A DNA stretch of 64,000 nucleotides from Muribaculaceae bacterium (GCA_017619355.1 JAFZSO010000026.1:3969-67968); one strand, 5' to 3'. Positions 8,259-19,145 are shown, counted from the first letter of the stretch. A program made the numbers and translations. Notes: a model not told the origin generated them from the sequence alone.

Positions 8259-9655
8259 AACGACTATTCCTTACCTGCCTGTGGCTCTCATCATTGTTGT
8301 CAGCATCTGCCATCTCGCCCGACTCGGCACAGATGGCTATCGACACCTTCGCTCTGCATCCCGACATGCAACACGCATCCATGACCATTGCCGTGTCAGA
8401 CATCAATACAGGCAACATCATCGCCAGCCACAACCCCGACCTCTCGTGCATCACCGCCTCGACCATGAAGACCATCACCAGCTCCACTGCTATGCTGCTT
8501 ATGGGTACCGATTACCAGTTCACGACACGGGTCGAAGCACAGGGTGAGATAAAAGGCAACCGCCTTAAGGGCAATATCGTGATTCATGGCGGAGGCGACC
8601 CCACATTGGGCTCTGTCTATTTCAAGGATAATCCCGATATCGTGCAAGAAGTTCTCTCTGCCCTCCAGGCGCTGGGCATCAAGAAAATAGATGGTTCCAT
8701 CATTGTCAATCACGCACACATCCCCTACCCCGCCTATAACGGCTGGTGGGATGTGGGCGACCTGGCATGGGACTATGGCATGGGCATTCACGCCCTCAAC
8801 TACCGCGACAACCGCATGCAATTCAAGTTCACCGCCAACCATGGAAAAATCCATCATCCGCGATTCGAACCCGATGTGCCCGGTATTGACATCATCAACC
8901 ATCTCTCTTCCGAGAACCGCGACAATCTTGACATCGGACTGGAATATGCCTCACCTGGCGTGGTGCTCATGGGTTCTGCCGCTAATCAAGACTATGACAT
9001 TACCATCGCCAATCCGCTGCCTGCCAACATGCTTGTCGACAGTCTCCAGCGAGTGCTGAAAGCCAATAAGATCAAGGTCAAGAACAAGAATATCAAGAAC
9101 CTGTCGCCCGTCAGCACCATGCTCGTGGAGCACCACTCGCCCACATTGGCCGACATCATCCGCTCTCTGCTCGACCGCAGCGACAACATGTTTACCGAGG
9201 GACTGCTCCGTGCCATTGCCCATAATACTGGTCACCGTACCACTGCCGCTGAAGGCGCTGTTGTGGTCGACAGCCTCTGGAAGGCCAATGGTCTTGACAC
9301 CTCACCCCTGTTCCAGTATGACGGCAGTGGACTCGCCCGCGCCAACAAGAACTCGGCACGATTCTTCGTGCAGATGCTCAACTACATGGCCCGCGACAAC
9401 AAGTGCTCGCCTAAACTCAGCCAACTCATGCCACAGGCAGGAAAACGAATTGGCAAACTTCTGCCTGAGACATCTCTTGCTACCGACATCGTGCTCAAGT
9501 CGGGCAGCATGACGGGAGTGCAGTGCTTTGTGGGCTACTATCCCGCAAGCAATCCGCAATACTCCTTTGCCGTGCTGGTCAACAACTGGAACGGCACCCG
9601 AGCCGACATGCGCGACCGCATCGACAAGATGCTCATTGGCATTTTCGGCAAATAA
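8255..9655 (+). CDS. dacB: D-Ala-D-Ala carboxypeptidase/endopeptidase (peptidase S13, PBP4)
   Basis: SxxK (ASTMK), GGGDPTLG, SDN, DGSGL and KSG motifs; signal peptide. Confidence 0.92.
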   Translation: MKRLFLTCLWLSSLLSASAISPDSAQMAIDTFALHPDMQHASMTIAVSDINTGNIIASHNPDLSCITASTMKTITSSTAMLLMGTDYQFTTRVEAQGEIKGNRLKGNIVIHGGGDPTLGSVYFKDNPDIVQEVLSALQALGIKKIDGSIIVNHAHIPYPAYNGWWDVGDLAWDYGMGIHALNYRDNRMQFKFTANHGKIHHPRFEPDVPGIDIINHLSSENRDNLDIGLEYASPGVVLMGSAANQDYDITIANPLPANMLVDSLQRVLKANKIKVKNKNIKNLSPVSTMLVEHHSPTLADIIRSLLDRSDNMFTEGLLRAIAHNTGHRTTAAEGAVVVDSLWKANGLDTSPLFQYDGSGLARANKNSARFFVQMLNYMARDNKCSPKLSQLMPQAGKRIGKLLPETSLATDIVLKSGSMTGVQCFVGYYPASNPQYSFAVLVNNWNGTRADMRDRIDKMLIGIFGK

Positions 9656-9729
9656 TTTTTTGCCGTTTCAAACAATTTGCGTATGTTTGTGCGCTAAATC
9701 AGATTATTTATATCTAACTATATATTTTT

Positions 9730-10437
9730 ATGAACTCCTCAACAGCTAAACTGCTTTCACAAGTGTATGAACTCGAAGGGCTGCTGCTCGTCGTAGACAA
9801 ACATGGCGCCGACACCCCGCAGCTGGTTATCGACACCATTCGTCGCAAAGCCGCCGAACTCGGTGACATGGCCCAATTGCTCCAGATGCCCAAGGTTCCT
9901 CAACCCGAACCTGTAGTGGAAGAAGAGCCTATCGTGCCTCCCATCCCCAGCGAGCCTGCCACACCTGTAGAGCCCAGCATCCAGCCCGATGACGACAAAC
10001 CCTCGCTGCCTGCCGATGACTATGACAAGGAAGATACCTGGCAGCACGACAACGGCGAGGAGTTCAATGAAATCCTTTCAGGCTTCGACTACAAGGAGCC
10101 CGCTCACGAGCCCATTGAAGAAGAGGAAATGGAACAACCACCCGTGTTCAGCAACACCACCGACGAGCAACCCGAGCAGGATTTGCGAGTCGATGAAATC
10201 CTGCATCGCAACCTCTCCAAGAATCTGCGCAAAGCATTCTCGCTGAACGACCACTTCCGCTTCCGCCGTGAACTGTTCTCTAACAGCGAGGCCGAAATGA
10301 ACGACGCACTGAATCTTGTCGAGGCCATGCAATCATTCGATGAAGCCGAAGAATACTTCTATGAAGACATGGGATGGGACCGCGAGAATGAAGATGTGAC
10401 CGACTTCATGGAAGTAATCAGGAAGCATTTCCTCTAA
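9730..10437 (+). CDS. conserved Bacteroidales hypothetical protein with an acidic Pro-rich linker
   Basis: C-terminal LRKAFSLNDHFRFRRELF domain. Confidence 0.8.
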   Translation: MNSSTAKLLSQVYELEGLLLVVDKHGADTPQLVIDTIRRKAAELGDMAQLLQMPKVPQPEPVVEEEPIVPPIPSEPATPVEPSIQPDDDKPSLPADDYDKEDTWQHDNGEEFNEILSGFDYKEPAHEPIEEEEMEQPPVFSNTTDEQPEQDLRVDEILHRNLSKNLRKAFSLNDHFRFRRELFSNSEAEMNDALNLVEAMQSFDEAEEYFYEDMGWDRENEDVTDFMEVIRKHFL

Positions 10438-10456
10438 TAGTCAGACAGTTTCCTTG

Positions 10457-11212
10457 ATGGCTGGCAAACTCTACATAGTACCAACGCCTGTGGGCAACCT
10501 CGACGACATGACGCCGAGAGCCATTGAAGTGCTCCGTCAAGCCGATGTGGTGCTGGCCGAAGACACGCGCACAAGCGGCGTGCTCATGAAGCACTTCGCC
10601 ATCGACACCCCCATGCGTAGTCATCACAAGTTTAACGAGCACGATGCTCTGCCAGCACTCATCGACCAATTATCAGCAGGCGCAACCATAGCACTGGTGA
10701 GCGATGCCGGAACTCCCGCCATCAGCGACCCGGGATTTCTGCTCGTGCGCGCTTGCAGGCAGCACGGCATCGAGGTCGAGACGCTTCCCGGTGCCACCGC
10801 CTTCGTGCCGGCCCTGGTCAATTCGGGCATTCCCTGCGAGCGTTTCACCTTCGAGGGTTTCCTGCCGCAGAAGAAAGGCCGCGCTACCAGGCTGGCTGAA
10901 CTGGCACTCGAGACTCGCACCATGATATTCTATGAGTCACCTCTCAGGCTGGTCAAGACCCTGCAGCAGTTTTGCGACACCTTTGGCCCTGACCGCGATG
11001 CGTCGGTCAGCCGTGAAATCTCCAAACTGCATAACACCACTCACAACGGAACCCTCCAGGAACTCAAGACCTACTTCGAGGCTAATGCCCCGCGTGGCGA
11101 GATTGTGATTGTGGTGGCAGGAGCTCCTATCGAAAAAGAAAAAGTCGACAAATATGCCGCTTTCAAAAATAGCAACAAATTAAAAAACAATGATAACTAT
11201 GAAAAAGTTTAG
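10457..11212 (+). CDS. rsmI: 16S rRNA (cytidine1402-2'-O)-methyltransferase
   Basis: LYIVPTPVGNLDD, AEDTR, VSDAGTPAISDPG, YESP and SREISK motifs. Confidence 0.96.
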   Translation: MAGKLYIVPTPVGNLDDMTPRAIEVLRQADVVLAEDTRTSGVLMKHFAIDTPMRSHHKFNEHDALPALIDQLSAGATIALVSDAGTPAISDPGFLLVRACRQHGIEVETLPGATAFVPALVNSGIPCERFTFEGFLPQKKGRATRLAELALETRTMIFYESPLRLVKTLQQFCDTFGPDRDASVSREISKLHNTTHNGTLQELKTYFEANAPRGEIVIVVAGAPIEKEKVDKYAAFKNSNKLKNNDNYEKV

Positions 11213-12092
11213 TATTCTTTTATTCTCAGTCGTTGCCTTGACGGCTATCATGGGCAGCTGCAAAAAAGATGGTTCTGGTGATGGCGACAAGGTCAATCAG
11301 GATTCCATCAACAACATTGCCCTTAACGACTCGCTCGCAACAGTAAGAGCCGAGAAAGACTCTCTGGCCGCACTCATGACCGAGGTAAGCGATGGCATGA
11401 ACGAAATCATGGACATGCAGCAACTGCTCACGGCCTCTAATCTCGACATCGAGTCGAGCAACCGCAAGAATGAAATCCGCAACAACATCGCCGCAATCAA
11501 GAGCGCCATTAGCGACCGCATGGCAAGATTGCGTCAACTCGAAGACCGTCTGAGACAGTCAGTTACTTACACCGACGAGATGAAACACAGCATCGAGAGC
11601 CTCAAAAAGCAACTCACCAAGCAACAGGGCATCATCGATGACCTCACCTCTAAACTCGCCGCTGCCAATGTGACCATTACCCACCTCAACACCAGTGTTG
11701 ACTCGCTCAAGACGGTGAACAAGAATGTCACCGAAGAGAAAGTCAAGGCACAGGAAGAGTCGACCCGACTCACCGCCGAGGTCAACAACCTCAACGAGTG
11801 CTACTATGTGGTGGGCACCAAGAAGGAACTGAAGCAGCAAAAGATTATCGAGACCGGTTTCCTGCGCAAGACCAAGGTGATGGAAGGAGACTACACCAAG
11901 TCTTACTTCACCAAGGCCGACAAGCGCACCCTGAACAGCATTGCCCTGCACAGCAAGAAGGCTCAGGTCATGTCGAAACACCCCTCGGGCTCTTACTCCA
12001 TTGAAGACGCCGGAGGTCAGAAGGTGCTCCACATCCTCGACCCCAACAAGTTCTGGGAACTCTCTAACTATCTTGTCGTGAAAATCGATTAA
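11199..12092 (+). CDS. coiled-coil lipoprotein (Cbp1-like)
   Basis: MKK start, lipobox MGS-C, long heptad region, C-terminal YYVVGTKKELK..FWELSNYLVV domain. Confidence 0.8.
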   Translation: MKKFSILLFSVVALTAIMGSCKKDGSGDGDKVNQDSINNIALNDSLATVRAEKDSLAALMTEVSDGMNEIMDMQQLLTASNLDIESSNRKNEIRNNIAAIKSAISDRMARLRQLEDRLRQSVTYTDEMKHSIESLKKQLTKQQGIIDDLTSKLAAANVTITHLNTSVDSLKTVNKNVTEEKVKAQEESTRLTAEVNNLNECYYVVGTKKELKQQKIIETGFLRKTKVMEGDYTKSYFTKADKRTLNSIALHSKKAQVMSKHPSGSYSIEDAGGQKVLHILDPNKFWELSNYLVVKID

Positions 12093-12101
12093 ACTCAGCA
12101 C

Positions 12102-12140
12102 AAAGGCGGTAGGGGGATTCTCACCTGCCGCTTTTTGTTT
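12102..12140 (+). terminator. intrinsic terminator
   Basis: GCGGTAGG/CCTGCCGC stem followed by a T-tract. Confidence 0.7.
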
Positions 12141-12171
12141 ATATTGAAGTGACTGATTTTTCCTTATTACT

Positions 12172-13308
12172 ATGAAGATTGTCATAGCCATTGATAAGTT
12201 CAAGGACTCGGCATCGTCGGTCCAGATTGCTCAGGCTGCCACCAGCGCCATCCTGCAGGTGTGTCCACAAGCCACCGTGGTCACTGTACCCGTGGCCGAT
12301 GGCGGCGAGGGCACCGTCAATGCCATTGCGGCGGCATTGCCCCATTTGCGCAAAATAGGCTGTGAGGTATCGGCCCCGCTGCTCGAGCTCGAACCTGTGA
12401 ATGTGGAGTATCTTGCCGATGATCAGAACAGCACTGCCATCATGGAACTCTCGGCGGCAAGCGGGCTCTGGCTTGTGCCACAGCACCTGCGCAACCCCAT
12501 GAGGACCTCCACACTGGGCACTGGCCAGATGATTCTCGATGCCATTTATCGCGGTTTCAGGCACATTGTGCTGGGCATTGGCGGCAGTGCCACCAACGAC
12601 GGCGCGACAGGCATCCTTGCAGCCCTCGGCTATGAGTTTCTCGATAGCGACCAGTGCCATGTCTTTCCTTGCGGAGAAAATCTGGCTCGCATTGCCACAG
12701 TCGACGACAGCGGGGTGAGTCAGGAAGTAAAGGACACCCGTTTCACCATCATCTGCGATGTCGACAATCCGCTTTATGGCGAGAATGGCGCCGCACACAT
12801 CTACGGACCCCAGAAGGGTGCCTCGCCCAGCGAGGTGGAACAGCTTGACCACGGGCTAAAGAACCTTGCCTCGCTCATGCCCGACGGCGTTGCGACCACA
12901 CCCGGAGCCGGTGCAGCCGGCGGTGTGGGAGGTGGACTCATGGCCTTCCTCAACGCCACCCTCACCCCAGGTATCGATGCCGTGCTCAATGCCCTGCAAT
13001 TCGACCAGACCATCAGCGATGCCGACCTCATCATCACCGGCGAAGGTCGTATCGATGGTCAGACCGCTATGGGCAAAACGGCTGGCGGTGTACTGCGTGC
13101 CGGTAAGAAAAACGGTATCCCCGTGGTAGCCATCTGCGGTGCGCTCGACACACAGTCACAAGTCGATGATATGGCTTTCGACGGCATCTTCTCCATCGTG
13201 CAGCAGCCCTGCACACTCAACGAGGCCATGGACACTAACCGATGCCTGCGCAATGTTGAGGTCACCGTGAAGCAAATCATGAAGTTATTTCTATCACACC
13301 ATATATAA
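12172..13308 (+). CDS. garK: glycerate kinase (class I)
   Basis: DKFKDS, ADGGEGT, GIGGSATNDG, GAGAAGG and ITGEGRID motifs. Confidence 0.93.
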   Translation: MKIVIAIDKFKDSASSVQIAQAATSAILQVCPQATVVTVPVADGGEGTVNAIAAALPHLRKIGCEVSAPLLELEPVNVEYLADDQNSTAIMELSAASGLWLVPQHLRNPMRTSTLGTGQMILDAIYRGFRHIVLGIGGSATNDGATGILAALGYEFLDSDQCHVFPCGENLARIATVDDSGVSQEVKDTRFTIICDVDNPLYGENGAAHIYGPQKGASPSEVEQLDHGLKNLASLMPDGVATTPGAGAAGGVGGGLMAFLNATLTPGIDAVLNALQFDQTISDADLIITGEGRIDGQTAMGKTAGGVLRAGKKNGIPVVAICGALDTQSQVDDMAFDGIFSIVQQPCTLNEAMDTNRCLRNVEVTVKQIMKLFLSHHI

Positions 13309-13317
13309 TATGCATCT

Positions 13318-15525
13318 ATGAAGCATTTTATTCTCTCTTTCGTCGCCCTATTTCTCGGCATCGGCTGCATTGCACAGACCAACGATGTGACCGAAGCCCA
13401 GAACCTGGCGCAACGGCTCTCGCCACGGCTGGCCGAGAAAGTAGTTTTTCAGAAAATCAAGTCGCCCCAAAAAGGCACCGATGTCTTCTCGATTCAGAAC
13501 CAAGGCGACAAGGTGCTCATTGGCGGCAATAACGCCAATTCCATGGCAGTGGGGCTCAACCGCTACCTCAAGCAATACTGCCACACTACCGTGTCGTGGT
13601 ATGCCGACGTGCCCGTCGACCTGCCAGAGATGCTACCGCAAGTGACTAATCCCGAGACCGTCAACTCGCGCGTGCCCCAACGCTTCTTCCTGAACTATTG
13701 CACTTATGGCTACACCATGCCTTTCTGGGACTGGAACGACTGGGAGCGATTCATCGACTGGATGGCGCTCAACGGCATCAATATGCCTCTTGCCATTACT
13801 GGCCAGGAAGCAGTGTGGTATAATGTGTGGACCAAACTGGGCTTGCCTGAAGACGAAGTGCGCGGCTACTTTACCGGTCCAGCCTATCTACCCTGGCACC
13901 GCATGGCCAACATCGACGGCTGGTGCGGACCGCTGCCCAAGGAATGGCTCGACGGACAAACCAAACTGCAGCAACAAATTGTGGCCCGCGAGCGTGCGCT
14001 CAACATGCGTCCCGTGCTGCCCGGCTTTGCCGGACATGTGCCTGGCAAGCTGCGTGAGCTCTTCCCCAACGCCGACATCAAGCCGCTGAGCACTTGGGAC
14101 GAGTTCGAACCCCAATACCGCACTTTCTTCCTCAATAGCGAAGACCCTCTCTATGCCAAGATTCAGAAGCTTTTCATCGAGGAGCAGACGGCACTGTTCG
14201 GTACCGACCACATTTATGGCATCGACCCATTCAACGAGGTGGATCCGCCCAGTTTCGAGCCCGAATACCTCAACAAGGTGTCCAAGCACATCTATGAGAG
14301 TCTCAAGGCTGTTGACAAGAAGGCTGAGTGGCTGCAGATGGGCTGGTTCCTGTACTATCAGCGCAAGGACTATACCCCAGAGCGCGCTAAAGCCATGCTC
14401 ACAGGCGTGCCAAACGGCAAGATGACCATGCTCGACTACTACTGCGAGTTCAAGGAGATGTGGCGCGACCTCGACGGTTTCTTCGGACAGCCCTACATCT
14501 GGTGCTATCTGGGCAACTTTGGCGGCAACTCGGCCATTCAGGGCAATGTGAAGGTGGCGGGCGAGAAACTTGAGGCAGCCCTCAAAGAGGGCGGCAAGAA
14601 TCTGGTGGGTATCGGTTCTACACTCGAAGGCCTTGAAGTGCAACAGATGCCCTACGAATATATCTTCGACAAGGCTTGGGACCTGCAGCAATCTGACGAA
14701 CAGTTCGTCGCTCAGTTGGCAGCTCGCCATGCCGGCAACGACAACGAACAGTCACTTAAGGCTTGGCAGATTCTCTTCGACGAGGTGCTCAACATCAGGC
14801 CCACCACCTTTGTGGGGCCGTTGCCTGTCTCCTACCCCCGACTGAACGAGGAAGCCAAGCGCTCAGCCATCAAATACAAACCCGAAACGCTGTTCAGGGC
14901 CTGGAGCCTGTTGCTCGACCAAGACAAGGTGGAGACCGATGCCATGACCATCGACCTAGTGTGGATCGGGCGTCAGCTCATTGGCGACCTCTTCTTCTAC
15001 GAGAAGCGTGAGTTTGACCGCGCCATGGCAGCACGCGACCTCAAGTCCATGAAGCAGCGGGCCACCCTCATGCAGGAGATCATTCATGACATTGATGTGC
15101 TCAATGCAGCACACCCCTTCTGCACCATTGGCAAATGGATTGAGCAGGCACGCGACCTGGGTCAGGCACCCGAAGTCAAAGACTACTACGAGATGAATGC
15201 CCGACGGCTCATCACCACTTGGGGAGGCGACCTCAACGACTACGCTTGCCGCAACTGGAGCGGACTCTTGGGCGACTACTACGCTAAACGCTGGCAATTC
15301 TACATCGACGAGGCCTTCCGCTCAGTCATGGCGGGCAAGGACTTCAACGATGCTGCACGACGACAGAAGACCAGCGAGTTGCAGGACAATTTCGCCATCT
15401 CTACCACTCCTGTCCGGCAACCCAACTGCTACGATGTGCTCGGCTTCTCGCAGATGCTGCAGAAGAAGTATGCCGCCGAACTGGCCACCTTCTGCGAGTG
15501 GTATAAACAACAGCAAATTAATTAA
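13318..15525 (+). CDS. alpha-N-acetylglucosaminidase (GH89)
   Basis: NYCTYGY, IDWMALNGIN, DPFNE, NFGGN and TLEG motifs; signal peptide. Confidence 0.93.
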   Translation: MKHFILSFVALFLGIGCIAQTNDVTEAQNLAQRLSPRLAEKVVFQKIKSPQKGTDVFSIQNQGDKVLIGGNNANSMAVGLNRYLKQYCHTTVSWYADVPVDLPEMLPQVTNPETVNSRVPQRFFLNYCTYGYTMPFWDWNDWERFIDWMALNGINMPLAITGQEAVWYNVWTKLGLPEDEVRGYFTGPAYLPWHRMANIDGWCGPLPKEWLDGQTKLQQQIVARERALNMRPVLPGFAGHVPGKLRELFPNADIKPLSTWDEFEPQYRTFFLNSEDPLYAKIQKLFIEEQTALFGTDHIYGIDPFNEVDPPSFEPEYLNKVSKHIYESLKAVDKKAEWLQMGWFLYYQRKDYTPERAKAMLTGVPNGKMTMLDYYCEFKEMWRDLDGFFGQPYIWCYLGNFGGNSAIQGNVKVAGEKLEAALKEGGKNLVGIGSTLEGLEVQQMPYEYIFDKAWDLQQSDEQFVAQLAARHAGNDNEQSLKAWQILFDEVLNIRPTTFVGPLPVSYPRLNEEAKRSAIKYKPETLFRAWSLLLDQDKVETDAMTIDLVWIGRQLIGDLFFYEKREFDRAMAARDLKSMKQRATLMQEIIHDIDVLNAAHPFCTIGKWIEQARDLGQAPEVKDYYEMNARRLITTWGGDLNDYACRNWSGLLGDYYAKRWQFYIDEAFRSVMAGKDFNDAARRQKTSELQDNFAISTTPVRQPNCYDVLGFSQMLQKKYAAELATFCEWYKQQQIN

Positions 15526-15547
15526 TAACCTTATAAAGAACCTCACT

Positions 15548-16009
15548 ATGAACGATTTCACCATTCTGAAACCTTACACTCCTGTGGCGCTCTGCAGCGA
15601 CCACGCCGGACTCGACACCAAACTCGCCATCATCGATTATCTCAACGAACTGGGTATTGAATACAAGGACTTCGGCACCTATACGCACGACAGTTGCGAC
15701 TACCCCGACTTTGCCCACTTGTGCGCTGTTGCCATAGAAAGCGGCGAATGCTACCCAGGCATTGCCATTTGCGGTAGCGGCGAGGGTATCAACATCACCC
15801 TGAACAAGCATCAGGGCATACGCTCGGCACTGTGCTGGATTCCTGAGATTGCACGCCTGGCACGCCAGCACAACGATGCCAATGTCATTGCGCTGCCTGG
15901 CCGCTTCGTGAGCAATGAAGAGGCCATCGAGATGGTCAAGACCTTCCTCGCCACACCCTTTGAGGGCGGACGACACCAACGCCGAATCGACAAGATTCCC
16001 GTCAAGTAA
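15548..16009 (+). CDS. rpiB: ribose-5-phosphate isomerase B
   Basis: SDHAG, DYPD, ICGSGEG, ARQHNDAN and FEGGRHQRR motifs; true start ATG 15548. Confidence 0.95.
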   Translation: MNDFTILKPYTPVALCSDHAGLDTKLAIIDYLNELGIEYKDFGTYTHDSCDYPDFAHLCAVAIESGECYPGIAICGSGEGINITLNKHQGIRSALCWIPEIARLARQHNDANVIALPGRFVSNEEAIEMVKTFLATPFEGGRHQRRIDKIPVK

Positions 16010-16037
16010 CCTGAATAATTCAAACTGATGAATACGA

Positions 16038-16067
16038 TAAGAGGGGCTCTCATTCAAGCCCCTCTTA
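16038..16067. terminator. bidirectional terminator between convergent rpiB and AI-2E genes
   Basis: perfect 11-bp stem TAAGAGGGGCT/AGCCCCTCTTA. Confidence 0.8.
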
Positions 16068-16068
16068 A

Positions 16069-17208
16069 TTATTTTTTCTTTTTCTCCTTTTTCTTGGCCT
16101 TTTTCTTTCTCCTTTCATAGAGCGGGTTGGGCCTATGCAGCACAAACTCGCTGTAGTAAGAGATGATGAGCGTGGTGAGCGGCAATGCCACAATCAGTCC
16201 GATGAATCCCAAAATGTAACTCCATATCGACAGTGCCAAGAACACGATGGCAGGTCGCAAGCCCATCTGCTGGCGCATGATGAGCGGAATCAGTATCAGG
16301 TCTTGTATCAACTGGCAGATGCAATAGGCAGCAAAGGTCCACCACCACAGCGGCCAGAACGGCGTGCCGGTTGCCACCGACGACACCAGGCACAGGAAGG
16401 CTGCAACAGGCATTGACACAAGCTGCAAGTAAGGTACCATGTTCAAGATACCTATCGACAGACCGAACACCACAGCCATGGGCAGACCTATGATGTAGAA
16501 TTCAATCGCGAAGATGATGCCCACAAACAATGACACAAGCGCCTGTCCACGGAAGTAGCGGCTCATGGTGCCCGTCACATCGTCCATGATGCGCAAGGCC
16601 GTACGCCTATATCGTGGTGGTACAGCCGCCTTGAAACCGCGCGTGATCTTGTCGTAGTCAATCATCACGAAGAACATGTAGAGCAATGACAGCAACCAGG
16701 CTATCACCGTGATAATCACCTTCAGCGTACCGCCCAAGAACGACCATGTGCCCGATGCCACATCGTTTAAAATATTGACCCACTGCTCCTGCGTGAACAG
16801 GCTCTTGATATAGTCAATGTTCAAGTAGTCGTTAATAAACTGGGTTATCTCCACCGGTATCTCGCGACCTTTCAGTTCGGCTTCGGCATAGGCCCCGAGC
16901 AGTTCGCCCATCTCGGTAAATTCCTTTACCAGATAGGGGAAAAGGTACTTCACTATAAGATATATCACACCAAAGAACAGCACCAGCGTGAGTATCGACG
17001 GTATGATGCGGTTCTTCATGAACAGTATTTTCTTGAAGAACTCCACAATGGGGTTCAGCATATAAGCCAGCACACAGCCCACCAGGAACGGCAGCAGCAC
17101 ACTGCTCAAGTAGTTGATGAGATAAATGCACACCCCGATGCACACAAGCGCTATCACAAGGCGCACCACGCGGTCCAGGTCATATTTTTTAGCCTCAGTT
17201 CCAGCCAT
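16069..17208 (-). CDS. AI-2E family transporter
   Basis: LAYMLNP, YFRGQ, NMVPY and GLIVALP motifs; multiple TM helices. Confidence 0.9.
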   Translation of the reverse strand: MAGTEAKKYDLDRVVRLVIALVCIGVCIYLINYLSSVLLPFLVGCVLAYMLNPIVEFFKKILFMKNRIIPSILTLVLFFGVIYLIVKYLFPYLVKEFTEMGELLGAYAEAELKGREIPVEITQFINDYLNIDYIKSLFTQEQWVNILNDVASGTWSFLGGTLKVIITVIAWLLSLLYMFFVMIDYDKITRGFKAAVPPRYRRTALRIMDDVTGTMSRYFRGQALVSLFVGIIFAIEFYIIGLPMAVVFGLSIGILNMVPYLQLVSMPVAAFLCLVSSVATGTPFWPLWWWTFAAYCICQLIQDLILIPLIMRQQMGLRPAIVFLALSIWSYILGFIGLIVALPLTTLIISYYSEFVLHRPNPLYERRKKKAKKKEKKKK

Positions 17209-17376
17209 AGTCAGTTCTCTTGTTTTGATATTTCATCGCAAATTTAGTGAAAGTCGAGAGTAATACAAAATGAGAAACAAAAGTTTTTCATTTTTATTGC
17301 CGAGACGCATCATAAATTATCTAAAATTAATGATAACCAATTAATTTTGTGCTATCTTTGTGAAAAAATTTCACGC

Positions 17377-18291
17377 ATGACCCATTTCTCACCCCACTCC
17401 AAGCCCACGCTCGTGGTTCTCACTGGCCCGACCGCTTCAGGAAAGACAGCGGCAGCCATTGCGCTGGCACAGCGGCTGGGGTGCGAAATCATCAATGCCG
17501 ACTCTCGCCAGATTTTCAAGGAGATTCCCATCTGCACCGCGGCCCCCACCGCCGCCGAGCAGGCACTGGTCAGGCACCACTTCGTGGGCACCAAACACAT
17601 CGACGAATACTATAGTGCCTCACAATTCGAGACCGATGTGATGGCGCTCCTGCCCTCGTTCTGGAGCAAGGGCAACTATGCCGTGATGTGCGGCGGTTCC
17701 ATGCTCTATGTCGATGCTGTGTGCCATGGCATCGATGACATCCCCGACATATCGCCCGAGGTGCGTAGCGCCGTAAAAGCCAAACTGGAACAGGAGGGTC
17801 TGCAGTCGCTCCTCGACGAATTACAGCGACTCGACCCCGAGTATTACGGCATCGTTGACCGACAGAACACCAAGCGTGTGGCGCATGCCGTGGAGATTTG
17901 CCGACAGACGGGCGTCACCTACACCTCGTTGCGCACCGGCACCATCAAGCAGCGGCCATTCAACATCGTGAAACTGGGCATCGACCTCGACCGCCCCACC
18001 CTTTTCGACCGCATCAACCGCCGTGTTGACCACATGATGGAGCAAGGGCTCGAACAGGAGGCCCGCAGCGTCTTTCACCTGCGCCACCTCAATGCCCTCA
18101 ATACCGTGGGCATGAAGGAGATGTTTGCCTACTTCGATGGCACCATGGACTTTGTCACTGCCCGCGAGCGCATCAAGAAGAACACCCGCGTCTATGCCAA
18201 GAAACAGCTCACCTGGCTCGCCCGCGACCCTGCTGTGCACTGGCTCACCGCTGAACAGATTGCCACCACCGACCCCGTTTCACTTCTTTAA
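17377..18291 (+). CDS. miaA: tRNA dimethylallyltransferase
   Basis: GPTASGKT, NADSRQ, GGSMLY and TRVYAKKQLTW motifs; TATCTTTG promoter at 17353-17360. Confidence 0.96.
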   Translation: MTHFSPHSKPTLVVLTGPTASGKTAAAIALAQRLGCEIINADSRQIFKEIPICTAAPTAAEQALVRHHFVGTKHIDEYYSASQFETDVMALLPSFWSKGNYAVMCGGSMLYVDAVCHGIDDIPDISPEVRSAVKAKLEQEGLQSLLDELQRLDPEYYGIVDRQNTKRVAHAVEICRQTGVTYTSLRTGTIKQRPFNIVKLGIDLDRPTLFDRINRRVDHMMEQGLEQEARSVFHLRHLNALNTVGMKEMFAYFDGTMDFVTARERIKKNTRVYAKKQLTWLARDPAVHWLTAEQIATTDPVSLL

Positions 18292-18377
18292 CCACATGGA
18301 TTTGGGAGGTTCGCATTTATTCAGTAATTTTGCACTCTAAATAGAAAGAACATTATCAACTAAATAACATTTTCATT

Positions 18378-19124
18378 ATGAAATTACTCGAAGGAAAAGT
18401 CGCTCTCGTCACCGGTGCCGCCCGTGGCATTGGCAAGGCGATTGCGCTCAAGTTCGCCGCCGAAGGCGCCGACATCGCGTTCACCGACCTCGTTATCGAT
18501 GAGAACGGCAAGCAGACCGAATCCGAAATCGCCGCTCTGGGCGTCAAGGCAAAAGGCTATGCCAGCAATGCTGCCGACTTTGCTCAAACCGAGCAGGTAG
18601 TGGCTCAAATCAAGGAAGAATTCGGTCACATCGACATCCTCGTGAACAATGCCGGTATCACCAAGGACTCGCTCATGATGCGCATGACCGAGCAAATGTG
18701 GGATGCCGTTATCGCGGTCAACCTCAAGTCGGCCTTCAACTTCATCCACGCACTCGTTCCCATCATGATGCGTCAGCGTGGCGGTTCCATCATTAACATG
18801 GCAAGTGTGGTGGGCGTGCACGGCAATGCCGGACAATCAAACTATGCCGCCTCTAAGGCTGGACTCATCGCCCTCGCCAAGAGTGTGGCTCAGGAAATGG
18901 GTAGCCGCGGCATTCGTGCCAACGCCATTGCCCCTGGCTTCATCGACACCGCCATGACCCAGGCACTCCCCGAAGAGGTGCGCAAGGAATGGGCCATGAA
19001 GATACCTCTGCGCCGCGGTGGCACGGTCGACGACATCGCCAATGTCGCCACCTTCCTCGCCAGCGATCTTTCAAGCTATGTCACCGGCCAGGTCATCCAA
19101 GTCGACGGCGGCATGAACATGTAA
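18378..19124 (+). CDS. fabG: 3-oxoacyl-ACP reductase
   Basis: TGAARGIG, NNAGIT, YAASK and IAPGFI motifs. Confidence 0.96.
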   Translation: MKLLEGKVALVTGAARGIGKAIALKFAAEGADIAFTDLVIDENGKQTESEIAALGVKAKGYASNAADFAQTEQVVAQIKEEFGHIDILVNNAGITKDSLMMRMTEQMWDAVIAVNLKSAFNFIHALVPIMMRQRGGSIINMASVVGVHGNAGQSNYAASKAGLIALAKSVAQEMGSRGIRANAIAPGFIDTAMTQALPEEVRKEWAMKIPLRRGGTVDDIANVATFLASDLSSYVTGQVIQVDGGMNM

Positions 19125-19145
19125 TTCTACTCACTAGAGACAAAC

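Noticed and set aside
15197-15547. N-terminal extensions in the ORF track (rpiB, also metallophosphoesterase 29716, ugd-like 47361, miaA 17347, yhcG 53655)
   Set aside because: They overlap upstream genes or promoter boxes; downstream ATGs match the family N-termini.
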